Source: Octopus vulgaris (Eukaryota). Taken from it: a DNA stretch of 64,000 nucleotides. Shown here piece by piece: positions 29,820 to 42,479 of this stretch (position 1 is its first letter; each line of letters starts with the position of its first letter). The stretch is taken from positions 1,860,001-1,924,000 of the forward strand of contig OX597833.1 in NCBI GenBank assembly GCA_951406725.2, read 5' to 3'. The position numbers were made by a program, and so were the translations under genes. The notes under the pieces are model-generated. The model ran no database searches, was not told the origin of the DNA, and saw nothing but the letters and a program-made list of their open reading frames with translations.

Positions 29820-30066
29820 TATGGCTGCCCCCTTGTTATCGAGTATGGCCATTGCACGAAGCTTAACTGTTACTGGTGCTGTGATCGAATGTGACTTTTT
29901 AGCCCAGCTAAAGATCTACAATGTCTTGTACAGAATTGGCAACTAAGACCTTTGCTGGTAATAGCCGGCTGTAGTTGTAACTGGGCTTCATGTACCATTG
30001 CATGTCGTTTAAGTCCTCCTGCCGAATTACACTCTCTTCCACATGCCCGACAGATATGATACACAT
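29820..30066 (-). mobile_element. RTE-like LINE 3' end with two C2H2 fingers
   Basis: CRACGRECNSAGGLKRHAMVH and CQFCTRHCRSLAGLKSHIRSQH; same finger style as 18493-18937. Confidence 0.65.
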
Positions 30067-30518
30067 CACATACACTTATACATACATACATGAATAGTTA
30101 CATATATACATACAAATATACATATACCCTTACAAAACTACACACATTACATACACTTATAAATACATACACTTATACTTACATACATTGATACATACAT
30201 ATATACATACATCGCTGTATTGACCAGACACATCGCTGGTCACAATGCCTTTCGCATTGATTTAGCCTTCGAATGATGCAACACTGCAGGCTAGGCGACA
30301 GGCGAACGTTGACCCTGAAATTAATGCCAGTCTGTTGAAGGGGTCACTGAGGGGATTGGTACAACAAGGAATGAAGTGTTTTGCTCAAGGAGACGACGCA
30401 ACGACTGGTCCGGGTTTTGTGACTGAAGAGAAGATAACCACTCCGAAATCAAAGCTACCCACAGTCACGTCAGGTGACTGTGGGTAGATTGGTATGTATG
30501 CAGTGGTATGTAAGATTG

Positions 30519-30757
30519 TAAGGCGGCGAGCTGGCAGAAACGTTAGCACGCCGGGCGAAATGCTTAGCGGTATTTCGTCTGCGTTACGTTGTGAGTTCAA
30601 ATTCGGCCGAGGTCGACTTTGCCTTTCATCCTTTCGGGGTCGATAAATTAAGTACCAGTTACGCACTGGGGTCGATGTAATCGACTTAATACCTATGTCT
30701 GTCCTTGTTTGTCCCCTCTGTCTTTAGCCCCTTGTGGGTAATAAAGAAATAGAAATA
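30519..30757 (+). mobile_element. SINE family A, full length, young, 14-bp TSD
   Basis: GGTATGTAAGATTG at 30505-30518 and 30758-30771. Confidence 0.95.
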
Positions 30758-31294
30758 GGTATGTAAGATTGGTTTGTATGCAATGTGTTACATATCCCAG
30801 GGCTCCCAAAATTACAGGTATAAAACTGAACTTGTTACGTATGTATGTATGTCTGTATGTATGGATTGAATTCGTTCCCTTGTGCTCCTTTCATATTGCA
30901 GTTTTTGGTGTTCTTATTCGCACCTGATACCAAGCTGGTATTTGCATCTCATCCATGAGAAAAGTATCAAATACTTTTTTTCGTTCGATTGCATGCTTGT
31001 TTCTCTTTCTACCATCTGTGATTTTATTTTTGATCTTCTATATAAATGAAGATATTTCCTCCGTCTGGTTGCTTTTCTTTCTGCAAAACGGGAAGTTACA
31101 CTGCGGAACAGTTATTTTAACGAGTTGTATTTATTTATCACCCGACGGGATACATCTGCACCACCGGATGCTTCTGAATCAGTTGTTGAGTGTCCCACCC
31201 AAGACGAATCGATGTGTCGATCAATTGTCGTGATTATTAATAAATTCTCGTATTTTCCATCTTCCGTCTTTCATTTGCCATATATATATACATT

Positions 31295-31686
31295 GGCGCA
31301 GAAGTTGCTGGGTGGTGAGTAGCTTGCTTACCAACCACAGCTTTCCGGGTTCGGTCCCATCGCGTGGAACCTTAGCCAAGTGTCTTCATGGCACTTTGGC
31401 CACACATCTTGGGCAAACCAAAGCCGTGTGAGTGGATATGGTAGACGGAAATTGAAAGAAGTCTGTCGTATATATATATATGTATATGTTTGTGTGCATG
31501 TGTTTATCTCAACAGCATCGCTTGACAACCGATCTTGGTGTGTTTACGTCCCCGTAACTCTTGCGGTTCGACAAAAGTGACCTATATAATAAGTACTAGG
31601 CTTACAAAGAATAAGTCCTGGGTCGATTTGTTCGACTAAACGCGGTGCTCCAGCATGGCCGCAGTCAAATGAGTGAAATGTCTAAA
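31295..31686 (+). mobile_element. SINE family B (diverged)
   Basis: Similarity to family B. Confidence 0.85.
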
Positions 31687-31690
31687 GGAA

Positions 31691-31758
<68 letters not shown>

Positions 31759-31785
31759 ATATATGTATATATATATATATGTATG

Positions 31786-31859
<74 letters not shown>

Positions 31860-32268
31860 GGCGCAGGAGTGGCTGTGTGGTAAGTAGCTTGCTAACCAAC
31901 CACATAGCTCTGGGTTCAGTCCACTGCGTGGCATCTTGGGCAAGTGTCTTCTGCTATAGCCCCGGGCCGACCAATGCCTTGTGAGTGGATTTGGTAGACG
32001 AAAACTGAAAGAAGCCTGTCGTATATATGTATATATATGTATGTGTGTGTTTGTGTGTCTGTGTTTGACCCCCTATCATCGCTTGACAACCGATGCTGGT
32101 GTGTTTACGTCCCCGTCACTTAGCGGTTCGGCAAAAAAGAGACCGATAGAATAAGTACTGGGCTTACAAAGAATAAGTCCCGGGGTCGAGTTTGCTCGAT
32201 TAAAGGCGGTGCTCCAGCATGGCCGCAGTCAAATGACTGAAACAAGTAAAAGAGAAAAGAGAAAAGAG
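31860..32268 (+). mobile_element. SINE family B, full length
   Basis: Intact head, body and tail. Confidence 0.95.
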
Positions 32269-32318
32269 ACATACATATATTCCTTTAGACATTTCACTCA
32301 TATATATATATATGTATG

Positions 32319-32374
<56 letters not shown>

Positions 32375-32385
32375 CATATATATAA

Positions 32386-32418
<33 letters not shown>

Positions 32419-32566
32419 CTAGTCATTTGACTGCGGCTGCTGATACCGCCTTTATGGTGAAAGAGTATCACCACCTAGCCTCGTGGAGCTTTTATATTTT
32501 TCGCTCGATAAACACACACAACGCCCGGTAATCGAAACCGCGATATATATATATATATATTGGCCT

Positions 32567-32660
<94 letters not shown>

Positions 32661-33240
32661 ATATATCTGTGTGTATGTTTGTGTATGCATATATATGTAT
32701 TTGTCTAGAAATATGTATAGATGCATATTTACTTATATATGTGCATGCATATGTACATGTGTGGTGGGCATGTTTTTGTGTGTATAAGGTGTGTTTTTTG
32801 TGTGCTTTTGTGTAAAACCGACGCTCCACCTACCCCGTCAACCATCTCTTAACCGCGCTGCTTTTCTATGTTCTCCTTACTTCAACATCTGGCTCTCCAT
32901 CAATCTACATATCTACCCATCTATACATCCACCCATCTACCCATACATGTATCCCTTTGTCCATCCAGCCAGATAGTCTTCACTCCCATTCGGCTAATAA
33001 TTCCTGTTTATTTCTATTTATAATCAAAACCTAATCACCCGACATCCCCTCCTCACATGCCCCCACCCCCACATCAGCTCTCCTTTCCTCTACTTTCTCT
33101 CCATTGCACTTTGAGCACCTTGCCAAACTTCTACTCTTTACCATTTCCTGAATCTGTTTTACCTTTTCCTTCACCTTCCTCACACTTCCACCCACGCTGT
33201 AGACGCAGTGGATATTTCTCGTGTTTTTTTTTCTAAGCCT

Positions 33241-33277
<37 letters not shown>

Positions 33278-33511
33278 ATTTCATCTCTATCCTACTCTCT
33301 CCCTCTCTCCCTATCTCTTTCTCTCTTTTTCTCACATACACACACGCGCACACAATCTCTTTTGTTCCCTTTCTCCGATTATATATGTATATGAATACAC
33401 ACACACACACACACACATATATAAATGTATATATATAAGTGTATATACATATGTTGATATATATATATATATATGTATATATTTATATATATGTATATAT
33501 ATGTATATATT

Positions 33512-33558
<47 letters not shown>

Positions 33559-33715
33559 TACGTACAGAGAGAGCGAGAGAGAGAGAGAGGGTGAGAGAGA
33601 GAGAGTGACTGTCTGATAGATAGCTTGGTAGATAGATTGAATTATACGTATAGATAGGAATATAACTATATGAATGTATATGTATTTATATGACTATTTA
33701 CACGCATACACTCAC

Positions 33716-33760
<45 letters not shown>

Positions 33761-33802
33761 CATATACATATATACAAATATACATACACGTGTGTGTAGC
33801 TC

Positions 33803-33854
<52 letters not shown>

Positions 33855-34400
33855 CACACACACACACATATATATATATATAAACATCACAGATATACCC
33901 ACATAGCACACAGACACACACAAACACACACCACTCTTCCCCTAAGAATCTGTCTGCTGAACACCGAACAGAAGTCTCAGAGATTGTTACATTACATCCA
34001 GAAATATCATATAACAAGCTAGAGACAAGTCACCATTTACTATTTTCACCTCTGGCTCAAATCATACTTCAACTTGGTTTTTATTTTACCATTCTACTCT
34101 TCCTCTGGCACCATGCCAATCTTCTGTCAATTCCTCGCAAAGAAAACCCTTCCGTTGGTTAACAATTTACATTTATTCTTCACCTGGTCGAGTGCAGACT
34201 TGTAATATACTGTAGTAATGTTCAGTGAAATTTAGTATACTATAATGCATTATAGTAGATGATCAAACGGTCTGCTTTGTTAGAAACGGTACAAGGAAGA
34301 ACAAATGAACTTATTGTTGTTCCAAATCGTTTTATGTATGTATATATATGTCTGTGTGTGTGGGTGTATTTATTTATGCGTATACATATACACATATATA

Positions 34401-35077
34401 CATCTGGGCATTTACATATATACATCTGGGCATTTACATATATGCATCTGGGCATTTACATATATACATCTGGGCATTTACATATATACATCTGGGCATT
34501 TACATATATACATCTGGGCATTTACATATATACATCTGGGAATTTACATATATACAGCTGGGCATTTACATATATACATCTGGGCATTTATATATATACA
34601 TCTGGGCATTTACATATATACATCTGGGCATTTACATATATACATCTGGGCATTTACATATATACATCTGGGAATTTACATATATACATCTGGGCATTTA
34701 CATATATACATCTGGGCATTTACATATATACATCTGGGCATTTACATATATACATCTGGGCATTTACTTATATACATCTGGGCATTTACATATATACATC
34801 TGGGAATTTACATATATACATCTGGGCATTTACATATATAAATCTGGGTATTTACATATATACATCTGGGCATTTACATATATACATCTGGGTATTTACA
34901 TATATAAATCTGGGCATTTACATATATACATCTGGGCATTTACATATATACATCTGGGCGTTTACTTATATACATCTGGGCATTTACATATATACATCTG
35001 GGCATTTACATATTTACATCTGGGAATTTACATATTTACATCTGGGCATTTACATATATACATCTGGGCATTTACAT
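34401..35077. repeat. 22-bp minisatellite (CATCTGGGCATTTACATATATA), about 31 copies
   Basis: Direct inspection; few point variants. Confidence 0.97.
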
Positions 35078-35792
35078 GAAGAATGATGCATCCTTACATG
35101 CACATCTTGCTAAGTTGTCAATGAAATGCAGAAGGTCGACCGGATGGATACTTAGAGCTTTTAAATCGAGATATCAGGAACCCACGATGGTCCTCTGGAG
35201 AACATGTGTCCTAAGCAGCTTTGAATATTGCTCCCACCTACGGTCACCAACCAGTATAATATTGATTACAGAACTTGCGGCAATCCAACAAGGCTACACG
35301 AAGACGATTGTGGCATGTAATCTACTAGGAAGCACTCAAGAGATTGAGACGCTATTCCCTAGAGCGTAGGTGCGAGAGATATGCCATAATATACGTCTGG
35401 AAGATCCTGGGGGGGGGGACTTGTCCCAAACTTTGGCATTGAGAGTTACACTAACGCTACAACAGGGCACGACTGCATAGTGCCAAGGTCTCCAAATTTG
35501 CCATCAAAATATAGGAAAAGATATTACAACAGCTCTTCAATATACTCCCGAAGGACCTGGGACACTTGTATGGGGTGGATGTAAGTATCTTCAAAGCGAA
35601 ACTAGATCATTTACTGTCAAGAGTCCCAGATGAAGCAACTTGATAGCATGAGGTGCAAATGAGGGCAGTGGTGTCAAACTATCTTACGCACCAAAATGTC
35701 AAGTTCTAAATTGAATTAGTGAAGTAAAATTTATGTAGAAATATCAAATGGCAGTGCCCCAGCATGGCCACATCTCAATTCAATTCAATTCA
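35064..35792 (+). mobile_element. CR1-group LINE, 5'-truncated, decayed
   Basis: LGIYMKNDASLHAHL..GWILRAFKSR..LWRT.VLS.FEYCSHL.SP; 3' tail ggcagtgccccagcatggccac plus (caatt)n. Confidence 0.85.
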
Positions 35793-35807
35793 ATATATAT
35801 ATATATA

Positions 35808-35995
35808 TCCTTTTTTCTCTCCTTTTTTTCTCTCCTTTTTTTCTCTCCTTGTTTTTTTCTGTGTATCTTTCTGTCGAAGAGCGTAGGCTCGAAACATAAA
35901 ATACTTTTTCTATTCCTGAGCGTTATACTAATACATTTGTTTGTTTGTACACCACCTGCCTTCGTCTTTTGTTTATTTTCGTAAACTTTCCCTTT
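35808..35995 (+). mobile_element. About 190-bp HHR-bearing element (Penelope-like end); hammerhead at 35866-35903
   Basis: tcttt CTGTCGA A gagc gtag gctc GAAA ca TA aaata; near-identical to the reverse complement of 53903-54075; (TA)n on both sides. Confidence 0.75.
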
Positions 35996-36206
35996 ATATA
36001 TATATATGTGTGTGTGTGTGTGTGGGTGTGTGTGTGTGTGTGTGTGCGTGTGTGTGTGTGTATTATATATGTGTGTGTATATGTATAAATATGCATGTAT
36101 ATGCATACATATTTATATGCATATGCATATATATAAATGTTTATATATAAATATATACATGTATATACAAACAGACGAACGCACACACTCACACAAACAC
36201 ACACGA

Positions 36207-36253
<47 letters not shown>

Positions 36254-36695
36254 CGCACGCATGCATGCATGTATTTCCTTTGTTTTGCCTTTTCTTACTG
36301 TAGAACTTTTTACGACAGTTTGTAGCTGTGCGAATGTTTTTTTTTAAATTTCTCTCTCTCAATATATTTTCATTTTCGTTATCTCTTTATTTATTTATTT
36401 TGTCTTGCTTTTATGTTCTGTTCCTGCAAACTTTCTATTTACATCTCATTCCTAATTACTTCGATTGATTGATTGACAGACAGACAGACGGGCAGACAGA
36501 CAGATAGATGAATTTATCGATATAAAATCAGAGAGCTAAGTAGGCACAGAATATACAGGTAGATTGAATGACAGGTAATCAGATAAAAAGACAGATTGAT
36601 TGATAAATCAAATGGTTAGTTATGTAGACAGACAGACAGAGAGACAGATAGACAGACAGACAGATATATGAATAGATAGATAGATAGATAGATAT

Positions 36696-37317
36696 GTTTC
36701 TTTATTAGCCACACAGGGCTGCACACAGATAGAACAAATTACAAGGTAGAGCTTTTCTTTTGAAGGTAAAAAAAAAAAAAAAAAGTTGGTGTTCGATCAA
36801 TAGGGATCGTAAAAGGAGAGAAAGAGGACAAAAAAAGGGGGGTTAAAAAGAGGGGGAGGGGAAAAAAATTGATCAATAGGGATCGTTATCACAGAAATTT
36901 CAATATGAAGTGTAAAGGGGAGGACAGGTGAGGTTTACCCGTGGAAAGAAAAGCCACGGAAAAGACCACGGTAACCTCGGTCAATGAAGTCACATGTTAT
37001 ATTTCTTTCTTTTTTATTTTTTTTTTTGCAAATAAGCAACTCTCTGTATTAATTTTTATGGTTCATAGAATCATAGTCAAGGTGGCTTCGTCATTCATAC
37101 GTGCCATCCTTGCTACATTCACCCATCTTTTTTTAAAACATTCACTAGACAAAACTTGCCTCTCTACTCTCACTTTCCTCCTCAAGTGATACTTGAAGAA
37201 GTTGATGAGAGATTGACCAGAGAGGAAAGTGTTTGTCTCTAATCCTTTCAGGCGCGTCCACCAGATACATTCTTTCGCCATAGCCACAAGTTTGAAGGAA
37301 GGAGGCGTGACGATATT
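36696..37317 (-). mobile_element. L1/Tx1-group LINE 3' end in (GATA)n
   Basis: LVAMAKECIWWTRLKG...FKKRWV is typical of Tx1 ORF2 C-termini (AKxxIWxxR...FxxxW); 3' UTR ends AATAAAGAAAC then (TATC)n. Confidence 0.7.
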
Positions 37318-37335
37318 AGATAGATAAATAGATAA

Positions 37336-37386
<51 letters not shown>

Positions 37387-37387
<1 letters not shown>

Positions 37388-37604
37388 GTTTCTTTATTGG
37401 CCACACAGGGCTGCACACAGATGGGACAGGTTACAAGGTAGAGCTTTTCTTTTGGGGGATGAAAAAAAGGGGGTGGCGTAGGTTTTCGATCAAGAGGGAT
37501 CGTAAAAGGGAAGAAAAGAACAAAAAAAAAAAAAAATAGAATAAAAAATAAAAAGAATAAAAGGAAAAAAAAAAGAAAGGGAAAAGGAAGAAAAGAAAAG
37601 AGAA

Positions 37605-37605
<1 letters not shown>
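37387..37605 (-). mobile_element. Second Tx1-like 3' UTR copy in (GATA)n
   Basis: Matches 36696-36815; GATA repeats on both sides. Confidence 0.75.
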
Positions 37606-37703
<98 letters not shown>

Positions 37704-38334
37704 TGTATGAAGATAGATAGATAGATAGACAGATAGATGGGTATGTATGAAGATAGATAGATAGACATACAGACAGACAGACAGACACACATGAATAAAT
37801 GGATGGACGCATGCATGCATAGATTGATGCTAACTTAGAAGGAAGCTGCGTAAACTCCATAACGTTTTACTATGCCACAGTCCAGGCATCTTAATTCCAA
37901 TTAAGGTTCCCCCAGAAGGCAGTAATTGCACGTGTAAATTGAAACTGTAAGTGTTGTTTTCATACACATGTCTTTATATGTTCAAGTCTTTCTTTTCAAT
38001 ATATACCTGCTCGTGCATGCGTATGTAGCTGTGCGGTTATCCTCCTTATCCTGTTTAGAGTTCCCTTAGCTTAATCTTTAAATACAGATATGTAGAACAC
38101 GCACGCACCTATTCAGGAATTTTGACAAAATTAATGCATCTGCCCTGTCTAAACATACATTGAAATTAACAGAAAACATCTGTAAAAGCAGAATCGGAAA
38201 TAATAGACTGTGCAGCATATTGCAAATATGGTTCAGGAATTTCCCCACTTACTGCGCAGTAAATATTTACCTACCAGATTTCAGGAATGTGTTTAATATG
38301 TACAATCTGTATATCCAAAAACATCCATCGAACC

Positions 38335-38681
38335 TACACTCGCCTCCTTATGAGAGCTCAAAATCTCTCGTGGAAGCGCCATCCAACCAAAATGCAAATA
38401 TATGGGAAACTACCACCTGTGTCATCTCTTGTGAAAGGTAAGAGAGTCCAGTTTGCTGGACATTGTTGTAGAGCTGAAAAAGAATTAATTTCTACTCTTC
38501 TCCTCTGGAAGCCATCTACTCGCAATACCAGAGGGCGCACACTCTCCTACCCTGATGTAATCTCCAGGGATACAGGCATCCAGCAACAGGACCTCCGTAA
38601 TGCCATGATGGACCGTGAAGTCTGGCGTAGCATGGTAAATTCCATTGTCTCGACCACGGTCGAACAATGATGATGATGATC
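38335..38681 (+). mobile_element. RTE-like LINE 3' end
   Basis: SWKRHPTKMQIYG..RVQFAGHCCR..LLLWKP..RGR..Y.D..DREVWR; (TGA)n tail. Confidence 0.85.
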
Positions 38682-38988
38682 GCTGTATTTAGGGGCTATT
38701 TAAACGATGTGTCCGTCGGTGGTCAATGGGTTGGATGGCTGTTGATGAAGGAGCAGAAACTCCTGAAATATATCATAGAGTGACCATTCCAAATTCTTCA
38801 TCTTCGACCTCAGCAAATATTACTTAAATTACGACCGGCAACGAGAAAGGGTCCTGCTGACACTTCACGGGTAACAGCGATGGTCATGCTTGTTTAAACT
38901 GTAGGCAACGAGAAAGGATGTTAAGCTTTGGAAAAATACAGTTACAATGGTGGAAAATTATGGTCTGTCTATGAATATACCTATATAC

Positions 38989-39405
38989 TATTTCTTTATT
39001 ACCCACAAGGGGCTAAACATAGAGGGGACAAACAAGGACAGAAAAACGGATTAAGTCGATTACATCGACCCCAGTGGGTAACTAGTACTTATTTAATTGA
39101 CCCCGATAGGATGAACGGCAAAGTCGACCTCAGTGGAATTTGAACTCAGAATGTAAAGATAAATGAAATACCTATTTCTTTACTACCCACAAGGGGCTAA
39201 ACACAGAGGGGACAAACAAGGACAGACAAACGGATTAAGTCGATTACATCGACCTCAGTGGGTAACTAGTACTTATTTAATCGACCCCGAAAGGATGAAA
39301 GGCAAAGTCGACCTCGGCGGAATTTGAACTCAGGACGTAACGGCCGACGAAATACGGCTACGCATTTCGCCCGGCGTGCTAACGCTTCTGCCAGCTCGTC
39401 GCCTT
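38989..39405 (-). mobile_element. SINE family A, head plus tandem second unit
   Basis: Full unit 39172-39405 followed by a headless unit 38989-39171. Confidence 0.92.
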
Positions 39406-39420
39406 AAAAAGCAAAGAAAT

Positions 39421-39540
39421 GCTTACAGCACACCTAGGTTTCCCAAGCGGTCACCCATCTAAGTACTAACTAGGCTCGATGTTGCTTAACTTCGGTGATC
39501 GGACGAGAACTGGTGCTTTGAACGTGATATGGCCGTAAGC
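39421..39540 (-). rRNA. 5S rRNA gene copy (dispersed, probably a pseudogene or variant)
   Basis: Reverse complement GCTTACGGCCATATCACGTTCAAAGCACCAGTTCTCGTCCGATCACCGAAGTTAAGCAACATCGAGCCTAGTTAGTACTTAGATGGGTGACCGCTTGGGAAACCTAGGTGTGCTGTAAGC (120 nt); ends pair; followed by ATTTCTTTGCTTTTT. Confidence 0.93.
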
Positions 39541-39552
39541 CATACTTATATA

Positions 39553-40060
39553 CAAGGTGTTCATAACGTCTCCCCGCAGTGAATCTTTTTATCCTGCGCA
39601 TGTGCAACGTGGCTATCACAGCGTGAGCGGCAGGGTGTCAGCCATTGTCCCTCAGTCATTGTCTACCCTTCAGCGTGTCACGTTTGAAGAACGTACGTTT
39701 TTAGTTGAATGGGTGTTTCGAACTGGAAACAAAGACACAGATACTGTGAAACAGAAGTTCAGTGAAACTTTTCCAAATACTGTTGTTGTACATCGTGACA
39801 CTGTGTGAAGGATTTGATAAGAAAATTTAGAAACACAGGCTCAGTGGAAGACACAGCAAGATGCGGTAGGTCTACTGTTCTTTCAGACGAAAAACTCCCC
39901 AATGTTTCTGATAAACTTTTGGCAAGCCCGTCAAAGTCCTTACGCAAATTGTCACAGGAAACGGAGATCAGCCTAGGAAGTGCTCAGACGGCAGTAAAAA
40001 GAACATTAAATTTTATGTATTTCAAACACCTCTTATAAGGTTCTTTTAAAGTCTTGTAAA
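39553..40060 (+). mobile_element. Internally deleted Tc1/mariner-superfamily element
   Basis: TA|CAAGGTGTTCATAACGTCTCCCCGCAGT TIR shared with 58895; HTH N-terminus (EERTFLVE..KF..TFP..LIRKFRNTGSVED..R.GR..SPSKSLRKLSQE) fused to C-terminal FKHLL. Confidence 0.85.
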
Positions 40061-40063
40061 CTC

Positions 40064-40183
40064 TGCCTGGTCTGTGTGTTGTTTTCTTGAGCAAGGCACT
40101 TTATTCCACATTGCTCCAGTTCGCTCAGCTGTAGAAATGGGTTGCGACGTCACAGGTGCCAAGCTGTATCGGCCTTTGCCTTT
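40064..40183 (+). mobile_element. SINE family E fragment (CORE-like domain)
   Basis: ttcttgagcaaggcactttattccacattgctccagttcgctcagctgtagaaatggg; inverted relative to 40268-40600. Confidence 0.8.
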
Positions 40184-40267
40184 AATACTACTAATACACC
40201 TGCTTGATGTTCATACACCTCTCTTCGTCTTTTGCATTTCTGTAAATTTCAAATATATATACAAACA

Positions 40268-40598
40268 TAGGAAACCCCTTCGGTCATGAATGACCATGGG
40301 ATTGCATCTAGAAAGTTACCCTCCAATGCAAAAGTCCAGGCAAGATTGTTTATGGAAGGCCAGCAGTCACCAATGCATACCAGCCTCCATTCTCCACACC
40401 ACTGATGTTACCCAAGGGAAAGGCAAAGGGGCCGATACAGGTTGGCCCCTGTGACGTCGCAACTCATTTCTACAGCTGAGTGAACTGGAGCAACGTGAAA
40501 TAAAGTGTCTTGCTCAAGAACACAACACGCAGCCCGATCCGGGAATAGAACTCACAACCTCACGATCGTAAGCTCTAACCACTGAGCCATGCGCCTTC
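40268..40598 (-). mobile_element. SINE family E (tRNA head plus CORE-like domain)
   Basis: Reverse complement gaaggcgcatggctcagtggttagagc...gtgttcttgagcaagacacttt...ctgtagaaatgag resembles the MIR/CORE domain. Confidence 0.8.
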
Positions 40599-40643
40599 CC
40601 ACCCACACACCCACACACATACACACACACACAAACACACATA

Positions 40644-40697
<54 letters not shown>

Positions 40698-40860
40698 GTT
40701 TTAAATTATAACAGAAGTCCAGCAATTCGAGGAAAAGGTGTTATGTAAGTATGTATGTATGTATGTATGTACGTATGTATGTATGTGTGTATGTATGTAT
40801 GCATGTAATTATATATCTATATAATGTATGTGTATATATGTGTGCGTGTGTGTTGTATCC

Positions 40861-40905
<45 letters not shown>

Positions 40906-40977
40906 TGAATGAGAAAAAGAAGAATTTGACGTAGAGACATCAGTTTATCCAAAGATATTCAAATTAATATAAATATC

Positions 40978-41186
40978 AAATTCTTATCCCTACAGCGGTT
41001 CCATAATTAAAGAAATTAAATTAGATTTTCCATATTGAAACTGCTGAATTGGGTATTTCATCGGGAAAGAATTTCCAGAAAGGAGTTACATTCTAATGTG
41101 TTGGTCTACCTTTGATAGCTTTTATTCCTTTTATTCCTGTAATGGAATTAATTGGATATGGAAACGGCTGTAGGGATAAGAATTTC
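40978..41186. mobile_element. Short inverted-repeat element with decayed hammerhead
   Basis: aaattcttatccctacagc / gctgtagggataagaattt arms; ttattc CTG.. ... GAAA cggctg TA gggataa. Confidence 0.45.
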
Positions 41187-41396
41187 ATATGAAACATAAT
41201 TCAGTGCCAATGGCATGAGGCTGTACATACATACACACACATGCATACATACATAATTACATACATACATACGTATATACATACATACATAATACATACA
41301 TGCATAAAGTTATACAGGTATACATTATATAGCTACATACAGACATACATGCATACGTTAAGAAGTTACAGACATACATAAAGACATGTATTATAT

Positions 41397-41610
41397 CCTT
41401 TTCTACTCTAGGCACAAGGACCGAAATTTTGGGGGAGGAGGCCGTCGATTAGATCGACCCCAGTACGCAACTGGCACTTAATTTTTCGACTTCGAAAGGA
41501 TGAAAGGCGAAGACGACCTCGGCGGAATTTGAACTCAGAACGTAAAGACAGACGAAATATCTCTATGCATTTTGCCCGCCATGCTAACGTTACTACCAGC
41601 TCTCCGCCTT
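41397..41610 (-). mobile_element. SINE family A (alternative tail)
   Basis: Reverse-complement head aaggcggagagctggtag; tail ccttgtgcctagagtagaaaag. Confidence 0.88.
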
Positions 41611-41981
41611 AGGCAAGTATTATATTGAAAAATAAATACATAAATACATACATACATGCGTTAAGTTGTACAGTAGAAAAAAAATCGAAGGGTTGTTTTG
41701 GAAGGAAACCACTTAGATGATGCCTCGTTTTCTAATATTAAGAGGTACCGTAAGAAATGATATAATCTGAGTTCTGAAAGAGAATCTCGCAGATGACATC
41801 TCCTTGTCTCCTGTTAAGTGGTGTAGCTAAAACAAAGTAAAGGAAATTGCGGTCTAGTACCGTATATAAACTCCATTTTGTATCGTATTGAGAGACAGGG
41901 TTAAAATAGGAAAGAAATACTATAGAAAATTAACAAAGTTGAATCACCCATGTTATCTCTTGCTAAAAAGTTTAGTGAAAA

Positions 41982-42479
41982 CTAGCAGTATCGCCCGGCG
42001 TTGCACGGGTTTGTAAGGGAAATAACTATATAAGCATTTTTAGAGAGTTATAGCCAAAAAATAGCAAAAAAATGCATTAAAAATGGAAAAGAAGTGATAG
42101 TAAATTTTTTTTAAATCGTTGACTCATCGTAGACATTTTTAGAGAGTTACTTCCCTTATATAATAGCGAAAAAATGCATTAAAATGGAAAAAAATGATGG
42201 TAATTTTTTTTAAATCGTTGACTCATCGTAGACATTTTTAGAGAGTTACTTCCCTTATATAATAGCAAAAAAATGCATTAAAATGAAAAAAAAATTATGG
42301 TAATTTTTTTTTAAATCGTAGACTCATCGTAGACGCGCGCTAATACCCAGAAGGGCTCGATATGAATCACGACTATAAGATACCCGGTTTTGGTTAAACT
42401 GCACCGCAAAATGTGGGAGTAGTTAGGAATCTAAATCGTAGGAGACAGACACACAACTTCTCTTTTATATATATAAAGA
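41982..42479 (-). mobile_element. Non-autonomous Helitron with three internal ~99-bp tandem repeats
   Basis: Minus strand begins A|TCTTTATATATATAAAA and ends with hairpin CCCGTGCAACGCCGGG then CTAG|T; no TSD. Confidence 0.85.

Noticed and set aside
29870-30066. Host C2H2 zinc-finger gene
   Set aside because: No TGEKP linkers; isolated in microsatellite; same finger style as RTE LINE C-termini
34259-35086. CRISPR-like array or repeat-protein ORFs
   Set aside because: Head-to-tail 22-bp units with no unique spacers, no cas genes, eukaryotic context
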